Part shown: positions 12,107 to 24,571 of the stretch, piece after piece
How the letters are laid out: the number at the start of each line of letters is the position of its first letter
Numbering within the stretch: position 1 is the first letter of the stretch
Program-made: the position numbers and the translations under genes
Notes under the pieces: generated by a model
What the model was told of the DNA's origin: nothing
Databases searched by the model: none
Seen by the model: the letters and a program-made list of their open reading frames with translations, nothing else
Source of the DNA: Cirrosporium novae-zelandiae
Taxonomy: Eukaryota
DNA length: 64,000 nt
Direction: 5' to 3'
NCBI GenBank assembly: GCA_026023565.1
Contig: JAPETS010000002.1
Location: forward strand, 496,001-560,000

Positions 12107-12274
12107 CTGGTGGTGCTAGACGAAACAATCGCTAGTGTGGTATGGGGGGCTCTACACGGAATTGAACAATCCCAAGTACCATTTAGGCAATATCTGGTAT
12201 GGTAGCCGCTTCATCCAGCTAGAAGGGGGCTTTAAAGTCGAATTTGCACTAGCAATTATTTCGCCTGATACCAG
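12107..12274. mobile_element. MITE-like element, copy 1 of a family also present at 63229-63394
   Basis: Imperfect terminal inverted repeats (CTGGTGGTGCTAGACGAAACAAT / ATTATTTCGCCTGATACCAG). The interior is homologous in reverse orientation to 63229-63394 (GGGGGCTCTACACGGAATT vs AATTCCGTGTAGAGCCCCC). Confidence 0.65.
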
Positions 12275-13964
12275 AATCATGACGCTGTAATCCGAGTGGG
12301 GGGTACACAGCTCCCTAACGGTCTACCCCGTGGAGGGGGAAGGTGGAGACGACGGTAACATTGTTCACAAAGGGAAATAAAAAAATAACTCCCTCCCTTT
12401 TTGCTTGTTTAGCCCCCCCAAAAAAACAAAAAACAAAACAAAAAACTATTCCCTTTAAAGGCATTATTGTGTTTCCCCCTAACGATTCAACTTTTGATCG
12501 AAGTTGCTACTCGTAACTAACTGATTGACCGTTTTGAAATAAAAAGCACTAACCAGCTAAGGGTTCTATTCTATCGAGATTTAAATAACCACCACCAGGG
12601 CCTTTGTTACCGAGGGCTCGTACCGAGGGGGTCGTACCGAAGCTTCTCCGAAAGCTTCTACTGACTAATTATCTAGCCTGAGGTATTACAAGCAATCACC
12701 AGGAGTTGCCAGCCAGGGTCTTGGTTACAGTGTTTACGGGATGGCTGGCAGCCGACATGCGCCTCAGACCTCCACCCATCTAGTAACTAATCACATGACC
12801 CATCCCATCTGCAGGTACAGTCCGGGTTATAGCCTAGCTGCAGGTGCCCCTTCCCCCCCCCACGGTATAATATAATATAATATATTCTTATTAAAAAAAA
12901 CGTTCAAACATGCTCTACTAAGAGTACACTTTGGGGTAGAGTAAGTAGTATCCTTGGAATTGGAATAGGCCCACTACCTAGGTGACGCTCTAAAACTTTG
13001 TGGGTAATATATGATAAACTAGTTGTGATGGATACGGATAACTGAAGCCAAAAAAAAACTAAGGTGGAGTTGTGCAAGCTGCAGATTCTGAAAAATTATC
13101 TATGCATGCCTATCGATACGGTATAGATTACTATCTAATCTTGACACGTAATGTTTCCGGAATTTCGGAGTTTCGGAACATCAAATTATTATTCCCTTCC
13201 CTTCTTTCCTTTCCTTCCTAACAATAACAACCACCACAAGGACAGGTTATACATACCTAGAGCAGAAGTACAGTACATGTACGTACATATAATCCCATCC
13301 ATTTACCCATCTCCGCCGAATAATTCGAAAGGACCAGTGTTTAAAGCAAAGGGTAGGAGTTCATAGGTACCTAGGTATGTGTGTCTGTACTCAGTATGTA
13401 TAGATGTATGAATACAGTACTAGTTAATTTTTTCCCAGCTTCGATAACTCGCCCCCCCCCCCTCTCTCTCTCTCCTATCCCTATCTTCCAGAGGGGGTTT
13501 CTTTCCTCTCTGTAAAATTCAACAAAAATATAGCTAGTCCATCTCCTGAACTTGTCCACGACATGGCTACCGCAGGGGTGTCGTTTTTTCACTATTTTCA
13601 TGCAGAGTCAGGCATCAAACTTCTTTGCTGAATCATATTGAGCCTCCAAGATCTTTATCATTGGGCCAATAAACCTTTTAGCATTGGTGGTCAGTCTAGA
13701 AGTTAGCTCGATTCAGTTGGTGTGCACCGGCCACATTACCCTCGTCTTGTCTGGATAACTTCAGGAATTGATCAGCAAAAATCCAGAAGATCAACCAGAA
13801 ACAGGTTTATTCGAAGGGACTTCCAAACTATTTCTATTAGAATTAGAATTATATTGGGCTAATTTACAGTACGATCAGCAAAAATTAATGAAATGATGTG
13901 CAACCGAAAAAAAAATTTCAATTGAAAATCCACCGGTTCCGTCCGTCCTGACTCCTTTCTTTCT

Positions 13965-16906
13965 TTAACCCACATCTCTATTGAACGCAACAACCACTAA
14001 ATGACCTTTATGATCTGCTCCGTACAACCTTTTTCGATCAGCACACCACCTCAAGCTCCCTGCTAGTCTCTCCAAATATGCGGAGAGCTTATCTTTCACC
14101 TCGGTTACACTCTCCGCACTTCTCAACCCCCCGTCCTCGCTTGGTTCCAACGGCAACAGATAGATATGCCCGCTGTGATCCAAAACGGCTATGATACTCC
14201 CTCCGGGCAGGACAGCAGCGGCTTGCAGAGCTGGCTTGTGAACAAACTGTTTAAGGGGGTGGAACAGGTGATCTCCGAGCCTGGGAAACGGTGTCAGTGC
14301 TGGTGCGAGAAAGGAAAATTCCCCTTCGTGGGAGGCGGTACTACGCTGGGAGCTGTGGGATGTAGTACAGAGGAGGTAATGATTTTCGGCTCGTGACTGG
14401 AATAGTACACTGGATGTTATCCCTTCCACACCTACTTCCTAAACGCCGTTAGCCAAGTGATCGAGTTGGTCGTTGGTGCGAGCTACAAACAGCGGAGAAT
14501 GAGCGTTCTGTGTAACAGAGCAAAACATGATGTGGTAATGGTTCGCCCGTGATCTTCCAGGCATAGATTATATTGCGTATGAGCGTGTTGCAGGCAATGG
14601 AGCTACCGTCATGTGATATGTTGATGTTTTTAGGATGGTCTTTTGCGGGTAAATCTATGGTGAGCAATAGTTTTAATTGTCCTACTATTGGACCCGGTGG
14701 CAGATCATATATTGTGATTTTTCCTTCCGCTTTGCTCGTCCCAGCTAGGCCACGCTTCCATCCAACTGCTATCCGAGCAGTAGTATCTAAGTCGGCCAAA
14801 GTGACACATTCCGGGTCCCAGCCTTCTATTCGGATAGGGTTACAATACCTTTCCTGACTTGCCACGGAACCATCAGTGTTATGGAGTAAACAGCCATCAC
14901 CACTGATAACCGCGAATACCGAGGTTCCAAGACAGGCAGATCGAAACAAAGCATCCTTAGAGGCGTTCAACCCCCAAAGAGGTTCACGTGGCAAGGGATC
15001 TTTTTCATCGAGGGGAACGTCGAACACTTCTGCAAGAGCTTCTCCTAAGAAAAACACACGGCGACAGTTGGTTGAGATTCCAGACATGAAGTAAGATTTT
15101 TGTCGAAACCCAAACATCTTTCGGGATAGCTGATATTGGCGCAGACTTGATAGAGGTGGTTGTGTGATATTAAAGGGGACAAATTTATCAATCTCAAACA
15201 AATGTGGATAGTCCGATATTGCGGTAGAGGACATCTTTGCTCTGGAGCTGGTCCCATCAGAGAAATCACTTATTTCTCCCACAGGTATGTTATATATGGG
15301 TTTTTTCTGTATATTTTCAACTACTAGAGCACTAGCAGTTATGCTACTGCTCACAGATACGTTCTCAGGTGGCCTTGTTTCGTGTTCCTCTACAAGTCGT
15401 TGATTACTCAATGGATCTGATAATAGATCCAGTGTGTTGATAGCATCGGGTTTTGGGACAAGTTTCAACAGTGAATCCCAGAATTTTGCTACAGCTGCAT
15501 CGTGGCTGTTGAGACTGTTTCGTATTATCTCCAGTTTCCCCAGGATGGAATTCACATCGGATTGACCCCAGCCATGGACCCGTTTCTCCGCAATTACTTT
15601 CACACGAAGTTCGGAAAGGTTCTTTTCTCGAGTCTCGCTAAAAGCCAAGATAATTTCCATCTGTAGATATGTCAGCAAATGATCTGATGTCGGCTAAAAT
15701 CAATGCGCAATATCCAACTCACCGACTTCTCCTTGAACTGCTCAACAGAAGAATGCCTTATCAGTAGCCACAGTCGTTCGGTAAATGCGGGGCTCAGGTT
15801 CTGTATAGGAAACAGCTGTGCGAGTTGTGCCGAATTATCGAGAAGCCCGTACATATAAGATGAGGAATCTAAATTATTAGACCTGCTCAACGCAGCACTC
15901 AGGTTCTCACCCACAGTTTTGAATAAATTACTAGGTGCCTGTGTTTCTAGACTTTTATCGCTGTTCAGTATCTCGAGCGTCTCTCTTATCGATAGCCTTG
16001 CTAGATTAGAAGCCAAGTTATACAAATTCTTGGCCCTATTTGGATTTTCGGAACCGAGCGATAACGACCAGTATCGAATGATCCTCGTCGCTCGGGCGAC
16101 CTCACATAGAGATCTTAACGCTCTGTAGCGCTCTTGTTGGTTATGTCTAATAGCTCGGAATCCCTCATCGAGTTCTATGGCCATACGCCGACCGTCGTAT
16201 TGATATGCCACACCAACGGCGAAAGTGAAATTGAGCACTTTCGCCACGGCCGTAACCCATATCGGTTGGTCGCTCTGGAATGATTCTGCGGAAAATTAGT
16301 TAAGCCGGGGCGGTTAGGAAAGCAGTCAGACCGACTAGAATAATCTACCGCCAATCGGACAAGATATAAACATGCTGCACGTGACAACAAATTATTGGGC
16401 AACCGCTGCTGCCAATATGCATCCTGAGATAAACTTCCTAGAGCTTTATGGATCCCGTCGAGCTTGGTGTGCGATAGATGCGTCGCGTGATGGTAGTTTA
16501 ACAGAGCAAATGCTGAAATTAGCGCTCTGAGCTGCCATTCCCGTGTACGAGGAGCGTCTTCGTTATGGTGATTTATTAATCGTTTGCTCAAAGATGAAAT
16601 ACATTTAACCACGATCTGTGGTTCAAGGATCGCATCTCGAAGGTCCGTCTCCTCTCCGTTGTCCCGTCCTTGTTGTCGGATGCATTCAATGTCGAGTATA
16701 TGCCGCAGAAGTAGTAAATCTGTCGCGGCGAATGTACCCTCGTCAATCTCTGACAGTACCTTCTTGGTGATTTGAGTAAATTTTTCACTATCGCTGTCAC
16801 ATAGGCTGGCCCAGATCAGCGCTTGTTTCTGGTGATTGCTGATGGCCAGACTGCCATAACTGCCATGGCTGTCGTTGCATAGTTCCATGACTTTAAAACT
16901 ATCCAT
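13965..16906 (-). CDS. Uncharacterised protein of roughly 900 aa, helical N-terminus and WD40/beta-propeller-like C-terminus, about 4 exons
   Basis: Four long same-strand ORFs linked by intron-like gaps (e.g. ...TTAACTAATTTTCCGCAG). C-terminal strand-turn motifs: GKITIYDL, INISHDGSSIAC, IYAWKI, LDHSGHIYLLPL, LYGADHKGHLVVV. Confidence 0.6.
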
Positions 16907-17456
16907 GGCCAATGTTTGATTTTATCTTCCACAATATGTCTCAATGGCGATAAATGACGGAGAATAGGAAGATTCAAGGCTCGTCGAACTCCCAGGCTCC
17001 TGGAAGGAACAGGTGGTACATGGATACCTAACCAATGTGAGCGCTCGTCAGCCTTTGCATTGCCTCATTTTATCTTCGTGTTTGCCTCTGTTCCTGTCTT
17101 CATTTCTTGTTTCTCACCTTCAGCCTTGCCAGCCTTGCTTAGTAATTTCACTCTTATCACAACTCATTCGCTATCGCATTAGTTTATAACGCGGGATGTT
17201 TTGTCGAATTCAGGTTATACGAACGAAGGAAGAAGGAATCATAAGGTTACTACATTTCCAATAACTCAGCCTCAGCCTGATCATAACATAAACAACCTTA
17301 GCCTTGGGAAATACCCATGACATACAATTTAGAATCAGAGAGTGGCGTTCTTTCAAACTTTTCACAATAAAATGGTCCTCCTCATTTTGTTGCCATAAAT
17401 TCTCCAATATTGAAATGATAGTTGTATACCACAAGGCAATCCCTTTTTAACAAAAC

Positions 17457-19776
17457 ATGAATCATTACGAAGAAGACGAAATTTCCCTCGGTGGCTGGCG
17501 TGATGATGGTCTCTTTCCTTCTGAGAGGATGGATGAGCGAGCAAGTTCTCACAGCAATGGTGTCAAAATTTCAGGACCATATCAATCTATCCTCCGTACC
17601 ATTCAAAATGAATCGCTGGATCGTAACCTCAGACGGCATCATATTACTGGTAAGAAGACCAAAAAACCAACTTGCGCGACAAGCTGACACCAGTCTAGGT
17701 ATCGCAATCTCTGGAACCATAGGCATTGGCCTCTTTATCAATTCTGGCGAGTTCCTCGGTCTCTCAGGTTCCGTTGGTATTATCCTCGCATACCTCTTCG
17801 CTGGCTTGATAGTCATGGCCGTTATGCTGTGCCTTTCGGAAATGGTGTCAGTCAGGCCTGTTCCCGGCGCAATATTCGAGTATCCTAAGCTCTACGTCGA
17901 TCCTGCACTAGGCTATGCTGTTGGGTTCATTTACTGGTTCGTGGATATTTATACTGTCCTGCTACTACATGAGCGTATATCGGAATCTCTACTAAAATAT
18001 AAAACCATCTATAGGCTGGCCTACTCTATGAGTTTAGCCACACTCACAGTATCAGCGGCCATTCTCACTAAATACTGGGACTTTCCAATTGAGATAGGAT
18101 GGTTTATCCTGATCTTGATCATCGGTATCGCTTCTTCAAATATTTTTGGAGTTCGAGTATGTGCTGAAACTTTCTCAACACGTATTCTCCAGCTAATTAG
18201 TATAATAGCTATATGGAAACATAGAATGGGCCTGTAAATGGATGAAAATTCTTCTCATTGCCGGTCTGGACATTGTAATGATAGCAATAAATGTGGGAAG
18301 TATGTGCTTCACAGCATTTGTATGATGAATATGATGCTGATCAGCTTGTAGTTAGTCCTAAATGGGAGTATATAGGAGGAAAGTGTAAGTTTAGACTATT
18401 GGAAAGAAAGAATATCACAGCTTATGCTGCACAGACTTTGCCCGGGAGTATCAGTTTCCTCCCGGATTCTCTTCAGAACATCTAAATACCACATCTTCTC
18501 CAGTCGAAATCGAGGGTAGTCGCGGAGTATTCCTCGGTGTTTGGTAATTTGCCCCAGTTATAAATTCGATCACATTTCCTAACGTTATCCAGGTCAAGCA
18601 TAACCCTGATAGGATATGCCTTTATTGGGGTTGAACTCGTCGTCGTCACCGCCGGTGAGGCCAAATATCCAAGACGTGATCTGCCAAAGGCCTCTCGTCG
18701 GATATACATATTTACAATGTTACTATACCTTATATCAGCGATTCTTATTGCATTCAACGTGCCATTCACGCATTCAGGTCTCATATCGCTCTCAGAAAGT
18801 AACAGCAGGGCTTTCACTGGCAAAGCTTCTCCATTTATTATGGCGATCGAAGATGCCGAGATTCCATTCCTCGCTTCATTCGTCAATACCTGCTTTCTAC
18901 TTGCCGCGTGGACTGCCGCGTGAGTTGTATTCCACACGTGTGCAGTTGAGGTGCGCATTCGCTGATTTCAAACTAGAAACACTGCTCTCTACGTATCCTC
19001 AAGAACTCTTTACGCCCTAGCGCGCAGCAGCGATGTACGGTGGTTCAAAGCAAGCGTCGGGCGCACCAGCTTAGATGGCACCCCGCTGTCCGCAATTGCT
19101 CTCAGCTTCCTGTTCGCCTTCATCTCCTTCTTCGGCGCTGGGAATGGTAATGTCCGCAAGGTAACAATGTCATTTCTAAACCAAACCAAAACAAACCATA
19201 TCCAGCCCCACCCTAGGGGTTGACTAACAGTCTCATAGGTCGTCAACGTCTGTAATCGCATATCCACCATCTGCATCCTCTGCGTCTACGTCGCCGAATG
19301 CATCTCCTTCCTGCGCTTCATGAAAGGGTAAGTCAATAACGCTTGCGCCATCCCCATTCCCATCACATCCAACCCCTCACTAACCCTTCCCCCCCAGAAT
19401 GGAACACTCCCGCACCATCGACCGCACCTCCCCCGAGTACCGAAAAAACTTCTTCCGCTCCCCCCGCCAACCCTTCCCCGCCTACTTCGGCATCATCTCC
19501 TGCACCAGTCTAATCCTCTTCAACGGCTGGGAAACCTTTTTCCAAATCTCCAAAGGAAACATCAACGGCGGCGACGCCGCCACGGGCCTCATCTCAGCAT
19601 ACCTAGGCCCGATATTGTTTTTGGGATTTTATGTGGGGTATAAGTTTGGGAAGGGGACGAGGATGACGAGTTATGCAAATTTTGGGGCCAGTTATATTCC
19701 GATGGAGGAGGGGTTGGATGAGAAGGAGGGGGAGAGTCGGAATAGGGTTGTGAGGTTTTTGAGTTGGGTTAGGTAG
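17457..19776 (+). CDS. Amino acid permease (APC/YAT family), many introns
   Basis: LDRNLRRHHIT, IAISGTIGIGLFI, LSEMVSVRPVPGAI, YAFIGVELV, SPFIMAI, LYVSSRTLYALA, RSPRQPFPAYFG. Confidence 0.9.
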
Positions 19777-21600
19777 GAGGGGGGGGGGCAGGAAGTAGGT
19801 TGGAGGTCTGGAGAAATCCCTTCCAAACCATAGCTCGAATTATCTTATCCCACCCAACACCCAAAACGCACACACGCACACACACTGGGATCGGGTAGGT
19901 AGGTAGGTTTTATCCACCAATTCCCAAAATCAGATACCCCATATGTTTTCATAATTAGTTCAAAATAGTTCAAACTAGTTAATAATGCCATTTCAAAAAT
20001 AAATTTAATTTATGATTTTTTTTGGTTTTTTTTTGGGGGGGGGGGGGGTTGTGTGAGAGAGGATTGATTTATAGTATAAGTTTTAAGGGGAGAGGAGAAG
20101 GGGAGGATTGGGGGATTGGGGGATTAAGAGGGTGTTTATTTGAGCTTACCTAGGTACCTAGGTAAGTAAGTTGATTATAGCGTTTGTTATAGTGGTGGTA
20201 TTTTTCATGTGGATATAACTGATGTGGAGTGTGGAGTGTGGAGTGTGGAGTGGGGAGTGTAGGATGTGGAGTATGGATGTATAAAATGTATCATGTATAA
20301 TTTATAGCATACACACTATCCTTATTCCTTATTCCTTATTCCTACCCTTATTCTTATTATCTTCGAAGCCTAAAAGTCTAAAAGTCGAAAAGTCTAGAAT
20401 CTGAAATCTGATTCATATTACTAGTATTATTATAACTTTTTGGTATTTTTTGGTATAGAGGTGTGAGGGGATAGGGGGGGGGGGGGATCTAGGGTGATGG
20501 GTGATGGATTCATGGTAAAACCGACATCCTACCATCACACTATCTATTCATTCGATATTCCCACTCCCACTCCTACTCCTACTCTAACTTCTACACGCCT
20601 AAATAGATACAATAATATAATTAAAGACCAAGACCAACATCAACACCGACACTAACGAGACTATCCCCCCCCCCCCCCCCCATTCATTCCCTCCTTCCTT
20701 CTTTGACTTGATTTGATCACTCGGAGTCCGTTTAAGTTTCTTTTCTTTCTCTCTCTTTGTAACAATAACCACGATTATACCATTCAGTAACAGTGGTGAT
20801 AATGGTGATGATAGAAGACCATCCCACCCTCACCCCTCGCCCCTCGCCTCTCTCCCTGATTATCTGATTAGAATGAGAAAAGAGAGAGATTGCGTTTTGG
20901 TTGGGCGTGGCGTATTCGAATTTTTGTTTGTTTCTCCATTTGATGAAGGTGGAGGTAGAGGGGGTGAATTGAATGGTGGATGATGGATGATGGATGATGG
21001 ATTTGGGGAATGTTTTTTTTTATAGGGGAGGGTTGTTGTTGTGGTTAGGATGGAGGTAGGTAGATAGGTAGGTAAGTAGGTAGTATGTAAGAGAGAGTTG
21101 TTGTAAGACGATCCGTCCACTCATTGGCTAGCCGACTAGCTAACTCAGACCCTGGTTGTTATTGGCTCATTCATTATATTTGAGAGGTATGATTTTTGGT
21201 CGAATAAGTAAATGGGAGATGGGAGATAGATACTCGTAAGTGTGCTCGCTCGCTCTCTCGAGAGGCCCTTTGGGCGGAAAGAATACTCCCGAGCCCCCCC
21301 GATCGATTGGTCAGTTGTATATATTTGTATGCATATATATACCGAAATATATATTTTTTTTTCAAGGCCTTGGGGGATGGTGGTGATGATCATCATGATG
21401 CAAGTTGGTTTCTAGGCCATGGCCATAGGAGTGTGATTGACTGGTTTGGTTGTAAATGGCGTGGGGATGGATTTGCTGGGATGAGGTGGATATTCAGAAT
21501 ATAGGGTGGGTGGGTATAAGGGCCTTTCATTCATTAATTCTTGTAAAGGACTTTTTGGGGGGGGGGTGGTAGGTGGTAGTGCTGCCGCGCTGGAGGAAAG
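19777..21600. repeat. Low-complexity intergenic region with mixed microsatellites and homopolymers
   Basis: (GTGGAGT)n near 20224, (CCTTATT)n near 20319, poly-G and poly-C runs, (TAGG)n and (GATG)n-like runs. Confidence 0.8.
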
Positions 21601-21639
21601 GAAGAGGCCGTGGTGTGTAATTCCAATTATTCGAGGATA

Positions 21640-23386
21640 TCAATCCTCATCCATAGACTCCCAACCATCGCGGTCGCTTGTACTGTCCGCTTGACCTTCT
21701 CCCGCATCACCATCATCCTCGTCCCCACTTTCCGATCCACTGCTCTCTTCCTCCTCCTCCTCCTCCTCCTCCCTGACCCCCACAAGCCTCTCCTTCACCT
21801 CTCCCTCATCACCAACATTCGCAATCCGGCCCGCAAACGCCCTTCTCACTGCCCCATTCGTGCTCGTGTCCCAAATTTGCATTGTGCCCTTGCTACCCGC
21901 CACCGCCAACCGAAACCCGACCTCCTTATCCGGTGCAAATGTTGTTGAGAACACCTTCCCGACATCCAAATCTCGTGATACCACCATGCTGGGCCCGCTG
22001 GGCTGTATATTCCAGAGTTTCACTTGTTTGTCCATAGAGCCGGTGGCCAGGAATCCAGGGATCACAGGGTTGATATCAAAGGAGGAGACGGCGGCATCGT
22101 GGGCCTGCAGGGTCCAGATGGGTTTTGAGGCCGAGGGGGATGAAGGTGCGGCTCGCGCATCGTGGTAGTGGATTAATCCGTTTTCGGTTGTGATGTAGAA
22201 AAAATGGGGGTCGTGGGGATCCCACCGGACAGTTTCGACGTCGCTTTCCACGCCCCATCTTGGGGCGGTGGCATCTGGCGCTCTCATGTCTGCTGCGACG
22301 GCCGTGCGATCGTAGCTTCCGCTGAGGAGGATTGTGGGTTCTGCGGTGTTCCAGCTCAAGGCACAGACTTTGTCCGTGTGGTAGCTGTAGGATTTGGCGC
22401 AGATGGTTGTGTTGAGGTCCCAGAGCTTGATGGTTTTGTCGGCGGAGGCGGAGGCTAGGAGGTTGCGGTGCTGACGGTTAGCTGCGAGAGAGAGGACGGC
22501 GTCGACGTGGTATAGGTCGTTGGCTTTCTTGGACTTCTTCTTTTTCTTTTTCGATTTTTTGGTGAGGTCTGCTGCCACGGTGGCGGGGTTTTCAGAGCCT
22601 TGGCCTAGGACCGCGTTCGGGTACATGCAATCTACAATGTCGAGGTCCCAGAGCTCAATGTCCGGTTCGAATGTGCCGACTGCGACAAAATTTCCTCTCG
22701 AGTTCTTTTCAACGGGGCCGTTTCCAACTGGGATGTCTAACCATTCAACGCAAAGGGGAATAGAAGGAAGCATGACATCATGATGGACGTAGAGGTTATC
22801 AGCCTCATCTTCATATACATAAACTTCCAAATGTGCAACTTCATCCTCTACTTTAGCTGCCAAGACCATGTTATCAGTTCCTAAGATCTGGAGGTCTTCT
22901 CGCTCTTCCTCGTCGTCATTGTCATCGTCTTGGAGTGTTATGTATGGGTCCTCTGCGTTTGATTTGTAGTACGCAAGCGATTTAACATTGCCAAACATTT
23001 CTAAAGCGTCACCACTTTTACCCCCGGGTTCGCTATCATAATGGTCGAGGTCGTACTCTTTTAGGTCATCATCAATATCACTGGGTAAAAAAAACCATGT
23101 TAGACCTGATAAATATGTTGGGACCAGTAGGTGCTTACAGATTCCCCTTGATTGATGCGACATTCGTTGCTTGAGCTTTTTGTTTTTCTTCATCTTTATT
23201 GTCTTCTTTAGCTATACCCGAAGCTTCGCCGTTCTGGGCCTCCTCTAAATCCTCTTTGGCATCCTCCAGTTGGATTTTCGCAAGTTCAGATATTCGTTCG
23301 AGTTCGGCATCATCAATCTGGTACTTGGTGGGAAACTGAGCAGCAAATCCTCGTGGGACCCACGTTGTTGCCGTAATCATAGACAT
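21640..23386 (-). CDS. PWP1: Periodic tryptophan protein 1 (WD40, rRNA processing), one intron about 23081-23140
   Basis: MSMITATTWVPRGFA, DDDLKEYDLDHYD, NLYVHHDVMLP, WD repeats (LLASASADKTIKLWDL) and an acidic tail. Confidence 0.92.
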
Positions 23387-23686
23387 GATAGCGACAAAGA
23401 CCTTGGGTGGGAAATTTTAGAAAAGGATGAATGGATGGGTGAATTTTTTTTTTCTCTCCCCTCTGCGCGGAGCTTCACTCACAATGCCAAGATCAAAATT
23501 GTGGGATTTGCGCTCGAACTTTTTGAGTTCCAAGTTTTGCCAGATCAGGTTAGTTCCCGTGCCCAGACGCCCTCGGCCTCTTCCGTTTATCTCAAGACCT
23601 CGAGACTCCCTCGGACTTTGCTTATCCCAATATTTCCGCGTTTCCACATCTCCTCTCCCACCATTGATCTACGGCTCAGCGACAAT

Positions 23687-23987
23687 ATGCATCCACATCT
23701 ACATACAAAAGACAATCGAGGTTTGCGATCATTCAGCGCCTAATTCATTCTAGTCACCTGCTGATACCAATATCTCAGGCTGCGAGGAAGTCATGGCTGC
23801 CCTCGACGAATGTCACGCTCGCGGATTCCTCTGGAAAGTGGTCGGGGGTTGCAATGATGCTAAAACGGCCGTCAACAAGTGCCTACGTGCGCAAAGGCTG
23901 GAGCGGCAGACTGCCAATCGAGAAAAGGCGGCGGCTCGAACGGAAAAATACAGGAATACGTGGAAAGAGATTGATGCGAACTCGTGA
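23687..23987 (+). CDS. CMC2: COX assembly mitochondrial twin-Cx9C protein, intron 23721-23778
   Basis: Spliced [51 protein letters not shown] has two Cx9C motifs and the MHPHL start typical of Cmc2. Confidence 0.85.
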
Positions 23988-24571
23988 GGCGAAGGGAACA
24001 TTCCATTGCGCACACGCTTTCAGTTGTTGGCCGAGGATGTTTCTTGTAACAAAAGGAGAGGGATCGCGGAATGTGAGATAATTCCGATCGACTGATGGGA
24101 ATTTGCATGGTTAGGAATCTGGCGGGGACAGGGCGTCTAGGTATCTCCTTTACAGCAAGCATAGCTACACTGGAACATCTATTGCTCTACTCAATACTTG
24201 GGGTAGTTACTCTGGCGATATTCAGATACGCTCACACATCGAGTTAAGATTACGCTGTCACCTGTACCCTGGACCATAAATTCGATTGTTAAAAGCGTAC
24301 TAAATGAACCAATTCTGGACAAAGAGTTGTGGACAATATATATTGCATATCAGATCATGTAGCCATGGCTTATAAATTCTCATATATAATCTTCAATCGG
24401 TATATATGCAAATGATGAGGAGGATCCGTCATCACCGACGTTCCCAGTCACGTCACTTTTCCCAACCACATACCCAAAGATGTCAACGCCCACCAATCTC
24501 CAAAGGCATGTATGTGTGTATCATTCCCCAAAGCACCCCAACTCCAGACCCAATGCACCCTTGTAATTACC

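Noticed and set aside
11378..12205. ORFs 11378-11842 and 11888-12205 as genes
   Set aside because: No recognisable motifs, and the second runs into the MITE at 12107-12274.
13965..16906. Canonical NACHT-WD40 NLR / het gene
   Set aside because: No P-loop motif and no high-identity internal WD repeats were seen.
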